Assembly: GCA_965242965.1 (NCBI GenBank)
Contig: OZ251518.1
Span: 371,680-435,679 of the forward strand
DNA: 64,000 nucleotides
Direction: 5' to 3'
Origin: Candidatus Poribacteria bacterium
Lineage (GTDB): Bacteria > Poribacteria > WGA-4E > WGA-3G
Below are positions 1-10,400 of this stretch, one piece after another. The stretch's first letter is position 1; each line of letters starts with the position of its first letter. Made by a program: the position numbers and the translations under genes. The notes beneath the pieces are model-generated. The model saw only the letters and a list, made by a program, of their open reading frames with translations. It made no database searches and was not told the DNA's origin.

Positions 1-257
1 TTGATGACAGGGTAGAGAATCGGTGTTTCCAATTTTCGGTTTGCCGTGCGAAATTGCAATTCGCCGATGCGTCCGTGTTCCGTGGCGGTGACGGTGCGGA
101 AGATAGTGGGCGTGCTGTCGGTTTTTGTATCGCGGGCGTTTTCGTGTGTGTGCATAAGTTGTTTTTGGTTCCTGTCTGTCGAGGGTTATAGATTATTAAT
201 ATGATACCACAAACGCGAATTTCGTGCAAAGAAAAAAACGCCTCGCTTTCATCGTAG

Positions 258-800
258 GCGGCGAAAATCCCCCTTTCACCGTAGGGCGAGGGCCTGTCCC
301 TCGCCATGCCTCGGTCTACCGAACGTTCGCGGGGGACAGGCCCCCGCGCTACGGAAAAAAACGCCTCCCTGTCACCGTAGGGCGAGGGCCTGTCCCTCGC
401 CATGCCTCGGTCTACCGAACGATCGCGGGGGCCTGTCCCCCGCGCTACGGTAAAAAACGGTCCTTGAGGCTCTGTAGGTCAGGATCGCCTGATCCTGACC
501 TGTTTGTGATCAGGCGATCACAAACTACAGATGGGGAAACACACATCGGGACGATGAGATCGCGGGGGACAGGCCCCCGCACTACGATAAAAAAACGCCT
601 TCCCTTCACGTAGGGCGAGGGCCTGTCCCTCGCCATGCCTCGGTCTACCGAACGATCGCGGGGGACAGGCCCCCGCACTACGATAAAAAAACGGGGCTTG
701 AGCCATCGCGGGGGACAGGCCCCCGCGCTACGGGAACATCGAGACCGGGAGGTCTCGCCTACCGGAAATTGAGCCCCGAGGTCTCGCCTACCGGACACAT
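258..800. repeat. Cluster of small palindromic repeats (REP/MITE-like): family 1 (GCGrGGG-ACAGG-CCCyCGC hairpins flanked by CCGTAG/CTACGG), family 2 (about 60-bp CTGTAG...CTACAG double hairpin at 470-535), family 3 (GAGACCGGGAGGTCTC(G/T)CCTAC at 735-800)
   Basis: Direct reading: repeated stem-loops with a conserved ACAGG/CCTGT loop. ORFs 224..613, 445..798 and 518..706 are translations of these repeats. Confidence 0.85.
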
Positions 801-848
801 CGGAATTATGAAAACCCTCAGATTAATATGATACCACAAACGCAAATT

Positions 849-3800
849 TCATGCAAATTTGATAAACGCCGCGCTGCAAATGACCTTGGGAGGGACACGG
901 ACGGACTGAATAGGTGGCACCTCGTCGCTTGCCAACGCCGACATATTGTAGCGGTGATAGAGGGTTTTCAACGCCGTTAACAACTCTTCGCCCGTGAGTT
1001 CGGCGCGATAGAGGCGGCTGATTTCGCGTTTGAGACGTTCTGTTAAGCGGCCGCGGAACGCTCGTTCAAGCGTCCCTATCGCGCGCTCTTCCGAGGTGCT
1101 GGCCAGCATCCTTAACTCCCGCAAAATGTATCGTTGCGCGCGGGACAACGTCTGTTTTGGAAAGGCGTTTCGCGTCCGACAGACTTCCGCTGCAGACGCT
1201 TTTTGGACTTGGGTGACGCGGGCGTTGTGATGGGCCGGAAGCGGTTTGCCTTGCAATTCGGCATCGCACTGGAGCAAGCGAAGGATTTCGGCAACATCGG
1301 TAGTCCGTTCAACGCCGTTTTCATCAAGCAGGACAAGCCGTCTTTGCTGTTCCTGTTCCCCGCGACAGCAGACGTAAGTGCCTTCTACTTCGGCGGGGAT
1401 GCCGGTGCGAATGCCATCTCTTAACTCGGCGATGCGCTGATATTCCGCTGGGTTTTGCCGTCTCAATTGCCGCAGCAACTCTTCCGCCTCACTTAATCCG
1501 AAGCCCGGTTCTTCGGTTTCTTCTTCCAAGAGGCTGAGTTGTTCGCCGTTCTGTTCATAAATGGCATACATCGCTTTTTCGTTGAGTTGCTCGGTGTTGT
1601 CAAGGATTGCCGCGTCTTCACCGATGGTATCGTGGATTTCCTGAATGCGGCATTGGAGTTTCTCGCGTAGCCCGAGGTTGCGTTCAATTCCCAATTCCGG
1701 CAGGAAATTGAACCCGTGGATTTCGTCAAATTGACTGCCAATCCTATCAATGCGGCCGAAGCGTTGGATTAAGCGCACCGGATTCCAGTGTAAATCGTAG
1801 TTGATGAGCATGCCGCAATCTTGCAGGTTCAATCCCTCGGCGAGGACATCTGTGGCGATGAGCGTCTCTATCTCGGTTTCATCCGACTTCAAGCGATGTT
1901 GATTGGCGTTCGGTGCGAACCGCTCGACGACGCGCCGCTTCCTATCGCTGCCGTGGCTATGGATAACCTCCGTATTCGCTGTGTGCAGGTTTCGGTAGAG
2001 ATAGTTTGCAGTATCAATATATTGTGTGAAGATGAGCCGTTTTTTGCCCTGCAGCGATGGCGATGCCAGCAACGCTTTCAACTTCTGAAGTTTCGCATCC
2101 TGCGCAGGCGTGATATGCTGAACCTTCTCGAAGATCTGGTTTAGAATACCGATGTCGTTCTGAATCGCCGCGCGAAGTTCAGGGACGTTGAAGTCACGGA
2201 TGTCGTATTGCGCGGAGGCTTCGCGGCGTGCTTCCAGAAACTGTGCAATGTCCCGTTCTTCCGGGCTGATGTCGGTTTCATCAGAAGTGCTCGCTTCATA
2301 GAGGATTTTCTGGGCATCGTCACCGGCTGGCACGATCCCATTTTCAAGCGCGCGGAGGAAATCGACGTGGACGTTATAGAACCGGGAGATAGTTGTCTTG
2401 AAGGCGTAAACACTGGATTCAAACCGTTTGAAGAGCAGAATACGCATGAGGCCCCGCAGGTTTCTACCCGCGCTCTGCAAATCCTGATACGGCGGGACAT
2501 TCTGACTCTCCTCCTTCACATAGTGCCAGAGGCCATACCGTGCATAAGTCAACTGCGCAGCGGTATCCGATTTACCGAGGTAATCGCGAATCTGTGCATA
2601 GAGCCCCTGATAGGTATCTTCAATGCTGTATTCAACCGTCTTGAGGGTGCGCTTCGGAAAGAACTGCTTGGTATCGCCGACGCGGACATAGGCGCGGCGT
2701 TCGCGGTTCAGGTAATCGGTGAATTGCGTTGCATCTACGGGTTCATCTGTCTCGGCATCGTAACCGTACCAACGCAAGATGTGGTTTCGCGTTCGGCGGA
2801 TGAGAATGTGTTGTAAAAGCGTCGGGAGGCTCCGTTCCCCGTTCTCAATCAAGCGGAAGTATTCGCGAAGATTTGGCGCGTCCACCGGCAACTGCGTTTC
2901 GTCGTTGAGATGGAAAAGTTTGAGTTGGTGGTAGATATCCCACGCGCTTTTATTGCGCGGTGTCGCTGTGAGGAAGCAGCACTTCTTATCGCCTGTTGTG
3001 AGGAATTCCTGCAAGACGCGGTAGCGTTGCGTAGTGGCATTTCGGAAGTTGTGGCTTTCGTCAACGAGGACAAAATCGCAGTGTCGATAGCGAATATCTT
3101 CAAAGAGCAATTCCCGCGCGTTTTCTTCCCCGCTACTTAAAAGCCCGGTGGAGAGGATTTGCGCGCCGAGGCGGTAGAGGACGTTATAGGATTCCCACAT
3201 GGACATAAGCGCGGGGGGACAGAGGATGAGCGGACGCGCCTGTTCAACTTGTTCAAAGTGCTTGACAATCGCCGAACCGATGTAACTTTTGCCGAGCCCG
3301 ACGACATCGGAGATGAAGACACCGCCGTATGCGTCAATAATCCGAATGGCTTGGGAAACGGCTACCTGCTGAAAATCCGCGAGTTGCGCTGTCAATTCGT
3401 CTGCCGGTGCGATGCGGCTCTCATCCGTTTCTACCCTATCTTTTACCAATTCGTAGAGCGTCTTCATGTAGATGTCATAAGGACGAACAAGCGCGAGGGC
3501 CCAGGAGGTTTGCATCTCGTCCATCAACGCCTTGTCAAAATCCTCTGCTTCGTCCCATAACGCGTCAAACCAGTCGCGGAGTTGCACCTGATTGGCGTTG
3601 CCGTGCACGACGACGTTCAATTCGGTGTTGCTGGTTAACCCTGCCAAGGTAAGATTCGATGAGCCGACGATGGAGATGCCGGATTCATATCCCGCGTTTT
3701 TGCCATAATCGAAAATATACGCCTTGGCGTGGAAACGCTCCTTCGTGTAAACCCTGACTTTCAGTTGTCCGCTAGCAATCATCTCCACGAGAGTTTTGAT

Positions 3801-4160
3801 GAGTTGCGCCGAGTCATCTGTCTGCGGCATGAATTCCATGCAGGCGCGGAGGTTTTGCGCTGTGTCACCGACGCGTGCCTTGCGTTCAACGCCGCGTGAA
3901 TAGCGGCGCGCCGACTGAATCTCGCCTACAGATGCCAATTGTCGATATCCTTCGGCGAGCTGCTCAATCGTCTCGCGTGTACTCGTATTCCCGATGAGGA
4001 GACGGAGCTCGGTGACGTTTTGCAGTGCTTCCGCGATGCCGGTAAAGCCGGTGAGGAAAAAATATCCGACAGCGAAGCGGGCGCGCTCTGTCTCCTCTAA
4101 CATGAGAGTGACGTTGTCGATGAGTTTTTCGGTGCGATTGTCGATAATGTCTTGTGGCAT
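849..4160 (-). CDS. PLD-family nuclease domain fused to an SNF2/SF2 helicase (1103 aa)
   Basis: N-terminal PLD HxK(x4)D(x6)GSxN motif (FHAKAYIFDYG...GSSNLT). Helicase motifs I VGLGKSY, II LVDESHNF, III LTATPRN, V/VI LIATDVLAEGLNL and QRFGRIDRIGS. The ATG lies 10 nt after the stop of the upstream repeat-protein gene, suggesting translational coupling. Confidence 0.8.
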   Translation of the reverse strand: MPQDIIDNRTEKLIDNVTLMLEETERARFAVGYFFLTGFTGIAEALQNVTELRLLIGNTSTRETIEQLAEGYRQLASVGEIQSARRYSRGVERKARVGDTAQNLRACMEFMPQTDDSAQLIKTLVEMIASGQLKVRVYTKERFHAKAYIFDYGKNAGYESGISIVGSSNLTLAGLTSNTELNVVVHGNANQVQLRDWFDALWDEAEDFDKALMDEMQTSWALALVRPYDIYMKTLYELVKDRVETDESRIAPADELTAQLADFQQVAVSQAIRIIDAYGGVFISDVVGLGKSYIGSAIVKHFEQVEQARPLILCPPALMSMWESYNVLYRLGAQILSTGLLSSGEENARELLFEDIRYRHCDFVLVDESHNFRNATTQRYRVLQEFLTTGDKKCCFLTATPRNKSAWDIYHQLKLFHLNDETQLPVDAPNLREYFRLIENGERSLPTLLQHILIRRTRNHILRWYGYDAETDEPVDATQFTDYLNRERRAYVRVGDTKQFFPKRTLKTVEYSIEDTYQGLYAQIRDYLGKSDTAAQLTYARYGLWHYVKEESQNVPPYQDLQSAGRNLRGLMRILLFKRFESSVYAFKTTISRFYNVHVDFLRALENGIVPAGDDAQKILYEASTSDETDISPEERDIAQFLEARREASAQYDIRDFNVPELRAAIQNDIGILNQIFEKVQHITPAQDAKLQKLKALLASPSLQGKKRLIFTQYIDTANYLYRNLHTANTEVIHSHGSDRKRRVVERFAPNANQHRLKSDETEIETLIATDVLAEGLNLQDCGMLINYDLHWNPVRLIQRFGRIDRIGSQFDEIHGFNFLPELGIERNLGLREKLQCRIQEIHDTIGEDAAILDNTEQLNEKAMYAIYEQNGEQLSLLEEETEEPGFGLSEAEELLRQLRRQNPAEYQRIAELRDGIRTGIPAEVEGTYVCCRGEQEQQRRLVLLDENGVERTTDVAEILRLLQCDAELQGKPLPAHHNARVTQVQKASAAEVCRTRNAFPKQTLSRAQRYILRELRMLASTSEERAIGTLERAFRGRLTERLKREISRLYRAELTGEELLTALKTLYHRYNMSALASDEVPPIQSVRVPPKVICSAAFIKFA

Positions 4161-4170
4161 AGAACCTGCC

Positions 4171-6299
4171 TTATTTCAGGAGCTCTAATAGTGCATTTAT
4201 ACCTTTTACGCCGAGCACAGACAAAACTGTTGCAAAAGCGATGCTGACAATTCCGCCAAGGACGATCTTCCAGGGAGTCAGCGCGCCCTTCAATGCCTCA
4301 ACGGATTTTTCAGTGTTCACCAACTTTTCGTTCATATTGTCTAGTTGCACATCCCGTTTTGCGTCGCGTTCGGCACTAGCGGCGAGATGAGCTTCTGTCT
4401 TGGCTTGGAATTTCCCAATCTGCCGGAGGGACTCGTCAATGCTGCCTAAGCGTGCATCGCGTGCAGTGTCGCGTTCCGCACTGGCGGCGAGGAGTGCTTC
4501 TGTCTTGGCTTGGAATTCGCCAATCTGCCGGAGGGATTCGTCAATGCTGCCTAAGCGTGCATCGCGTGCAGTGTCGCGTTCCGCACCGGCGTTGAGGAGT
4601 GCTTCTGTCTTGGCTTGGAATTTCCCAATCTGCCGGAGGGATTCGTCAATGTTGCCTAAGCGTGCATCGCGTGCAGTGTCGCGTTCCGCACCGGCGTTGA
4701 GGAGTGCCTCTGTTTTCGCCTGGAATTTCGCGATGTCATCTAAGCGCGCGTCCCGTTCGGCATCGCGCGCTGCACTGGCATTGAGGAGTGCCTCTGTTTT
4801 CGCTTGGAATTCCCCAATCTGTTGGAATAACTCCCCGAGGTGTTCCAAGCGTGCATCGTGTGCAGCGTCGCGTTCCGCACCGGCGTTGAGGAGTGCCTCT
4901 GTTTTCGCTTGGAATTTCGCGATGTCGTCTAAGCGTGCATCCCATTCCGCGCCGCGTTCTGCACTAGCGGTGAGGAGTGCCTCTGTCTTCGTTTGGAATT
5001 CGCCAATCTGTTGGAACAACCCCTCAAGGTGTTTCAAACGTGCATCGCGCTCGGTATCGCGTTCGGCACTGGCGGTGAGGAGTGCTTCTGTCTTGGCTTG
5101 GAATTCGCCAATCTGCCGGAGGGACTCGTCAATGCGGACGAAGTGTGCATCGCGTTCGGCATCGCGTTCGGCACTGGCGGCGAGATGGGCCTCTGTCTTG
5201 GCTTGGAATTTCGCGATGTCCTCTAAGCGTGCATCCCATTCCGCGCCGCGTGCTGCACTAGCGTTGAGGAGTGCCTCGGTCTTGGTTTGGAATTCGCCAA
5301 TCTGTTGGAACAACCCCTCAAGGTGTTTCAAACGGGCATCGCGCTCGGTATCGCGTTCGGCACTGGCGTGAGGAGTGCTTCTGTCTTTGCTTGGAATTCC
5401 CCAATCTGCCGGAGGGACTCGTCAATGCGACCGAAGTGTGCATCGCGTGCAGCCTCGCGTTCTGCACTCGCGGCGAGATGGGCCTCTGTTTTCGCTTGGA
5501 ATTTCGCGATGTCATCTAAGCGTGCATCCCATTCCGCGCCGCGTGCTGCACTAGCGTTGAGGAGTGCCTCTGTCTTGGCTTGGAATTTCGCGATGTCATC
5601 TAAGCGTGCATCCCGTGCAGCGTCGCGTTCGGCACTGGCGTTGAGGAGTGCCTCGGTCCTGGTTTGGAATTCCCCAATCTGTTGGAACAACCCCTCAAGG
5701 TGTTCCACTCGGGCATCGCGTTCGGTGTCGCGCGCTGCACTGGCGGCGAGATGGGCCTCTGTCTTCACTTGGAATTCTCCGATTTGGCGGAGGGACTCGT
5801 CAATGCGACCGAAGTGTGCATCGCGTTCGGTGTCGCGCGCTGCACTGGCGTTGAGGAGTGCCTCAGTCTTGGTTTGAAATTCGCCAATCTGTTGGAACAA
5901 CCCCTCAAGGTGTTCCACTCGGGCATCGCGTTCGGTGTCGCGCGCTGCACTAGCGGTGAGATGAGCCTCTGTCTGCTCTTGAAACGCCGCTATCCGCTTG
6001 AACAATTCCTCAAGACTATCTAACCGCGTATCGCGTTTGGCATCTAATGCCTCAACTGCAGTCAATCGTGCATGCGTTTGGGTCTGGAGTTCTACAACGC
6101 GTTGGAGCAATTCCTCAGTGCCGTCCAGTCGTGCGTCGCGCGCTGCGTCGCGCTCAGCACTGGCAACGAGATACGCATCTCTTTTGACATCCAGTTCAGC
6201 ACTACGTTCTTGTATCTTCTCGATCCTCTCCAACCGAGGAATGCTTTCGTGACGTGCCGGCTCCGAAGCATTTTTAGGTTGATTATCGGTAGTTTTCAT
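4171..6299 (-). CDS. Tail-anchored coiled-coil protein made of about 17 tandem 35-aa (105-bp) repeats (unit ~RDARLGSIDESLRQIGEFQAKTEALLNASAERDTA). The frame is broken once near 5330-5375 (ORFs 5328..6299 and 4171..5331).
   Basis: 105-bp periodicity is visible in the DNA (e.g. 4441 vs 4546). C-terminal hydrophobic helix WKIVLGGIVSIAFATVLSVLGV. RBS AAGGAGAAACC before the ATG at 6299. One G is missing in the unit at about 5371-5376 relative to other units (cactggcgtgagg vs cactggcggtgagg). Confidence 0.6.
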
Positions 6300-6351
6300 C
6301 GGTTTCTCCTTGCAAATTTATTGTTAAGTATAAGTTTACCATACTTCAATA

Positions 6352-6388
6352 GGTTTGCGCAAGGATTTTTTTACAATCGATGCACCGC
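6352..6388. repeat. 37-bp direct repeat (ggtttgcgcaaggatttttttacaatcgatgcaccgc), left copy. The right copy at 6841..6877 overlaps the 3' end of the Uma2 remnant.
   Basis: Exact 37-bp identity read directly. The two copies bracket the 450-bp REP/MITE cluster. Confidence 0.8.
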
Positions 6389-6475
6389 ACGCGTGTTTCG
6401 CCTGTAATCAAATTAGGGTGTTTCATAAATCCGTGTAGGAGAAACCTCCAGGTCCTGATATCGGCCGCGCAAGCC

Positions 6476-6838
6476 AACGCTCGCGGGGGACAGGCCCCCG
6501 CGCTACGAAAAAAACTTCTCTTAGGTCCGTAGGACCTTAATGTCTATAGCACGCGCGTCTGTGAAGAACCCTAAGGTCCTTTAGGTCCTTAATAGATTTT
6601 GCCTTACCGCGTGGTTTTGATTAAGGACCTAAAGGACCTTGAAAAGGGACCTGCACGTTTTTCTATAGACATATAGGACCTAAAGGACCTAAAACGCGAT
6701 TCTTGATGATGGAGATCGCGGGGGACAGGCCCCCGCGCTACGGGAACATCGAGACCAGGAGGTCTCTCCTACCGGGGAGTCGAGACCGGGAGGGCGCGCC
6801 TACGGAGAGAAATCGAGACCGGGAGGTCTCTCCTACCG
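6476..6838. repeat. REP/MITE cluster: family 1, family 3 (x3), and copy 1 of a composite ~190-bp MITE-like element (6520..6700) with TAGGTCCTTAATGTCTATAG-type terminal inverted repeats and internal AAGGACCTAAAGGACCTT palindromes
   Basis: Direct reading. The same composite element recurs at 29090..29280 and 43105..43295. Confidence 0.8.
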
Positions 6839-6859
6839 GCGGTTTGCGCAAGGATTTTT

Positions 6860-7168
6860 TTACAATCGATGCACCGCGACGAACTCCGGCGTGGCTCCCT
6901 CTTCCCAAACGGCAGACGTCCGCCGGTCTTTTTTGCCAACACCGAAAATAACGAATACGTCAGGGGCAACCGAACGCCTGTTTTCGGGGGTGCCGTAATA
7001 GATGAGCAAATTTCCGGACACATACACATCGGGCGCGTGCCGGAAGTGGTGCTCCAACGTCTGAATAAGGGACATCATTACTCTTCGGTGTTTATCGGTT
7101 TCTGCCATAGGTTTTCCATCTGATTCGGGTAGGGTGAGTGTCGGCGCAGAGCGTATTTGTTGCAACAT
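6860..7168 (-). pseudogene. Uma2-family (DUF820) putative endonuclease, truncated remnant (102 aa; ends where the conserved E-V-L-SP segment should begin)
   Basis: Motifs DGKPMAE...H, LLIYY, APDVFVIFGV, DRRTSAVWEEG, PEFVAV are typical of Uma2/DUF820. The stop lies inside the 37-bp direct repeat. Confidence 0.55.
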
Positions 7169-7276
7169 CGTTCCATCTCCTTAGGTGAAGAAATGCGCGC
7201 ATCCCGCGCAGCATCATTACGATTCATCAGATAGTATACCACATTTTCCTGAAAAATCAAACCTTTTCTTTCGGTT

Positions 7277-7465
7277 TCAACTCCGCGCCTTCTTAAGCCT
7301 AGTTTCAACGAGATTGATAACCGCCTCGTAAACGCCATCACGCTCGCCTTGCGTCAATTCCAAGATGTCAAAGATGACGTTGTCAATCGCGATGCGCGCC
7401 GGTGAAGGCGATAAAACGTCCCATTCTTCGGATGCGAGGAGGGATGCATTTACCCCCCCCCTCAA
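7277..7465 (-). CDS. Probable displaced C-terminal segment of the adjacent methyltransferase (62-aa ORF in an alternate frame, beginning inside the G9 tract)
   Basis: Overlaps the MTase ORF by 83 nt in another frame. Its peptide (…DNVIFDILELTQGERDGVYEAVINLVETRLKKA) looks protein-like, whereas the MTase tail after the tract (KCIPPRIRRMGRFIAFTGAHRD) does not. Confidence 0.4.
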   Translation of the reverse strand: MRGGVNASLLASEEWDVLSPSPARIAIDNVIFDILELTQGERDGVYEAVINLVETRLKKARS

Positions 7466-10400
7466 AATTCATGTCTGTTAAGTTAGGGTTAACACATCGT
7501 AGCTCTCCCAAATCCGAGGTTTGGAGTTCTAACTCCCCATATCCTAGGTTTGAGCGACCGTTCACGTTCACCATCAACTGGAAGAAAGTAGAATTGAGGG
7601 AGAAACAGAGAGGTATCCTCAACTCAAGTGCGCATTGGAGTTCCATAAACTTGCCAGTCACATAACACCCCTCACTGGCATACAATGTTTTTGCCGTTGA
7701 ACGCATCCGGTGCGCAAAACTCATATACGGAGGCGGGCGTTTGCCCACATCATACCATCGCCGTCTAGATCGGATGCTCGGCCGCTGAGGCAGTTTCTGG
7801 CTTTCACCCGATTCAATGTATGCCAACGCAGCGGTGCCTCTTAAGGCTTCTCTCTCCTTTTGACACAGAAAGAGTTGATGTGGTGATTGTTCGGGGCGAA
7901 TCAACAGGCTCTCAGTGACTCTCCTGTCGTTGACAATCGGGTGTAAAAACTCTGGCTCAATATGCCACGCCGAAATCGTCTCCGCATCAAGGATGAAAAA
8001 CTGGTTTGCCCCGCTCATGATTCCTCGCCGAATCTGAGCGATGTCGCCGACACGGACGAGTTTATCCGAGCCTTTTTCTAGTAATGTCCAATAGATGTCG
8101 GGAGCGCGCAGATACTTCGCGCCCCATTTGTTTCCGGTATACTTCGTCTTTGCATCCATTCCGGCGGCTAAAAGTGCATCCTGCGAGAGAAGGTGAATTC
8201 GATATTCAGGCAGAGCATTCCGCTGGATTTCGGTTTCGATTTCGTAAAAGATGACAGGATCCAAAATAGCCTCAAACGGTTCGGTAAAGTTAACAAACCG
8301 CACAATGTCTTGCAAACCTGATGCGCTATCTCTAACCGGGGCGGAGATGAGACAAATAGCAGTGTTGATATTTACGGCTTTGAAGGAACGTCGTGCCGCG
8401 TTGTCCAAAACCAGTTTGAGATGACACCGCTTAAGGAGGAATTCCTGCAAATCTTTGCCGAAGTCCGCATCTAACCACGATCTGGATGTGATAGTGCAGA
8501 AGGTTCCTTTGGGATTTAGCAACGAGAGTCCGTGAAAGTAGAAGTAGACGTAGAGATCGCTGTTGCCATCTAGTTTATGCTTCACGGCAGACGCGGGGTT
8601 TTCCTTCGTATCCTTCTCCGGTTGATACCCGAAGAATGCAGGGAACGCCTGATAAACGGAACGCGCCAACTTGGCTTTATACGCCTTCGTGTTAGCGGGT
8701 GTAACCGCGTCTCGGGCTAGCGTCGGGTCTGTGAGTTTTTTCGTTGAAACGTAAGGCGGGTTTTCTATCACGATGTCAAAACCACCATACTGTTTGAAAA
8801 TCTCAACGAAGGCAATGTCCCACACGAAAGGTGGAACTGCATCTGACGTAAGGGCATGCTGGGCACGTTGGAGGTTGTTGAGATTCGCCTGTTGAAGTGC
8901 CAACTCCTGTTGCTTTTGCCGAGTTGCAAGATCTAATTGCGCTGCCTGGGGTTTCTCAATCCCGTCAAGCGTCAGTTGTTCAGCCGGATCTTCAAGCCAT
9001 TCCTGTAAACCTGCAATGCCTTCCAAAATTTGGCTTTCCTGCGACTGCAGTGTCTCCCGAAAGAGCAAGTTCTCGGCGCGTTGCACATCCGCTTTCTCAC
9101 GATATTTCCGCTCACGTTCGTTGTGATAAAACTTCAGTTTCTCTGTCTGGTGGAATACGATTTTGCGCGAGATGTCAGTCGGCACGCCGCTGCCCAACGC
9201 GCGCGTCTGCGCGAGGTTCATCCCACCGATGTCCTGCACCAGACTATCGCCGTGACGAATGTTAAACGAAAAATCAGGCAGCAAGGGCTCCTCGCGAATC
9301 TGCAGTTCCGCGGTGGAAATCTCTGCCTCAATGATGAGCGCGAGCCAGAGGCGTAACTCGGCAACTTTGCATGCCCACGGCATCACGTCTACGCCGTAGA
9401 GATTCTTGCCGATAATCGCCTTGCGGCGTTCAAACCTTGAGGTAACAGATGCACCGAGGTGCCGTGCGGCGCGTTCCCCCAGGTCATCGAGAATATGGAG
9501 CATGCCGACGAGAAACGAACCGCTGCCACACGCCGGATCCAACACCGTGAGACGGTTCAGATGCGTCGCGATATCACCCCACTGCGCGGCGAGGTGGGCA
9601 TCGGCATCTTCCTTCTCTGTTTCATCGAACGTAAAGAGTGCGGCGTAAAATTGATGCTTATGCGCCTCACCGATGTGATTTGCGAGGTTATCTACGAGCG
9701 CGAGACGGCACATCATATCTATCTCGATGCGCGGCGTGTAGAAGATGCCGGCATCGCCGCGTTCATCGGTTTCAGCGGAGACACTGACGAGACTCTCGTA
9801 GACTTTGCCGATCATCTCGGGGTCTACGGCGACTTCCTGTTCCAGCGGGGTATCCTCGGCGATGGTGAAGTTATATCCCTCGAAGAACTGGAAGATGTCG
9901 CGCCATAAATCATCGGGAATCGTGGTGGCATACTCGGTATCCCATTCGTTTTCTCGGAATAAGCCGCCGTTGAGATAGGGCGCGTGCTGAAGCGTTTCGC
10001 GGATGTTGTCAGGAAAGTAACGATATCCGCCGTGAAACTTCTGATTGAAAGCGGCGAAGAAGAGGACGTTGAGCCACTTTGCCACGAAGGTATCCGCTGG
10101 TTGCGTTGCGTTTTGATACGCCTGCCAAAACGTGTGCAGGAAATCGGTGTCGTTTCCGAGCCACCGTTTTCGCTGGATGAAATAGAGGAAGAGGCAGCGG
10201 CTGAGGAATTGTTGGGCTGCATCGTGCGCCCACTTTTTATCAGCGGTTTGCGTTTCCAACTCGGTTTGGAGGTTTCTGAAGACGCGCTGATAGTCGGCGA
10301 AAAACTGCGCTGTCACGGCATCGACATCGAAGGCGGCATCGTGCTGTTTGGTAATTTGCAGAGGTGTCAGCAGCTCTGGATTTGGGAAGAGGCTCTCCTG

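Noticed and set aside
224-798. ORFs 224..613 (+), 445..798 (-), 518..706 (-), and similar ORFs inside every repeat cluster (e.g. 10956..11207, 13682..14290, 20256..20544, 28994..29599, 35617..36292, 38489..39041, 40494..40942, 51782..52358, 56577..56990)
   Set aside because: They are translations of palindromic REP/MITE DNA. The same low-complexity peptides (GRGPVPRHA, AGACPPRS, SGSPDPDLF) recur in both strands and many frames. They have no RBS and no domain signal.
4400-5877. Plus-strand ORFs 4400..5371 (323 aa) and 5287..5877 (196 aa), antisense to the tandem-repeat gene
   Set aside because: These are Ser/Arg/Trp/Cys-rich repetitive translations of the 105-bp array. The minus-strand frame gives an amphipathic helical protein with RBS, TM anchor and operon context, so the minus strand is taken as coding.
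7078-7341. 87-aa minus-strand ORF between the Uma2 remnant and the MTase tail
   Set aside because: It overlaps both neighbours in alternate frames and has no motif or RBS. It is likely non-coding or part of the degraded Uma2/MTase junction.
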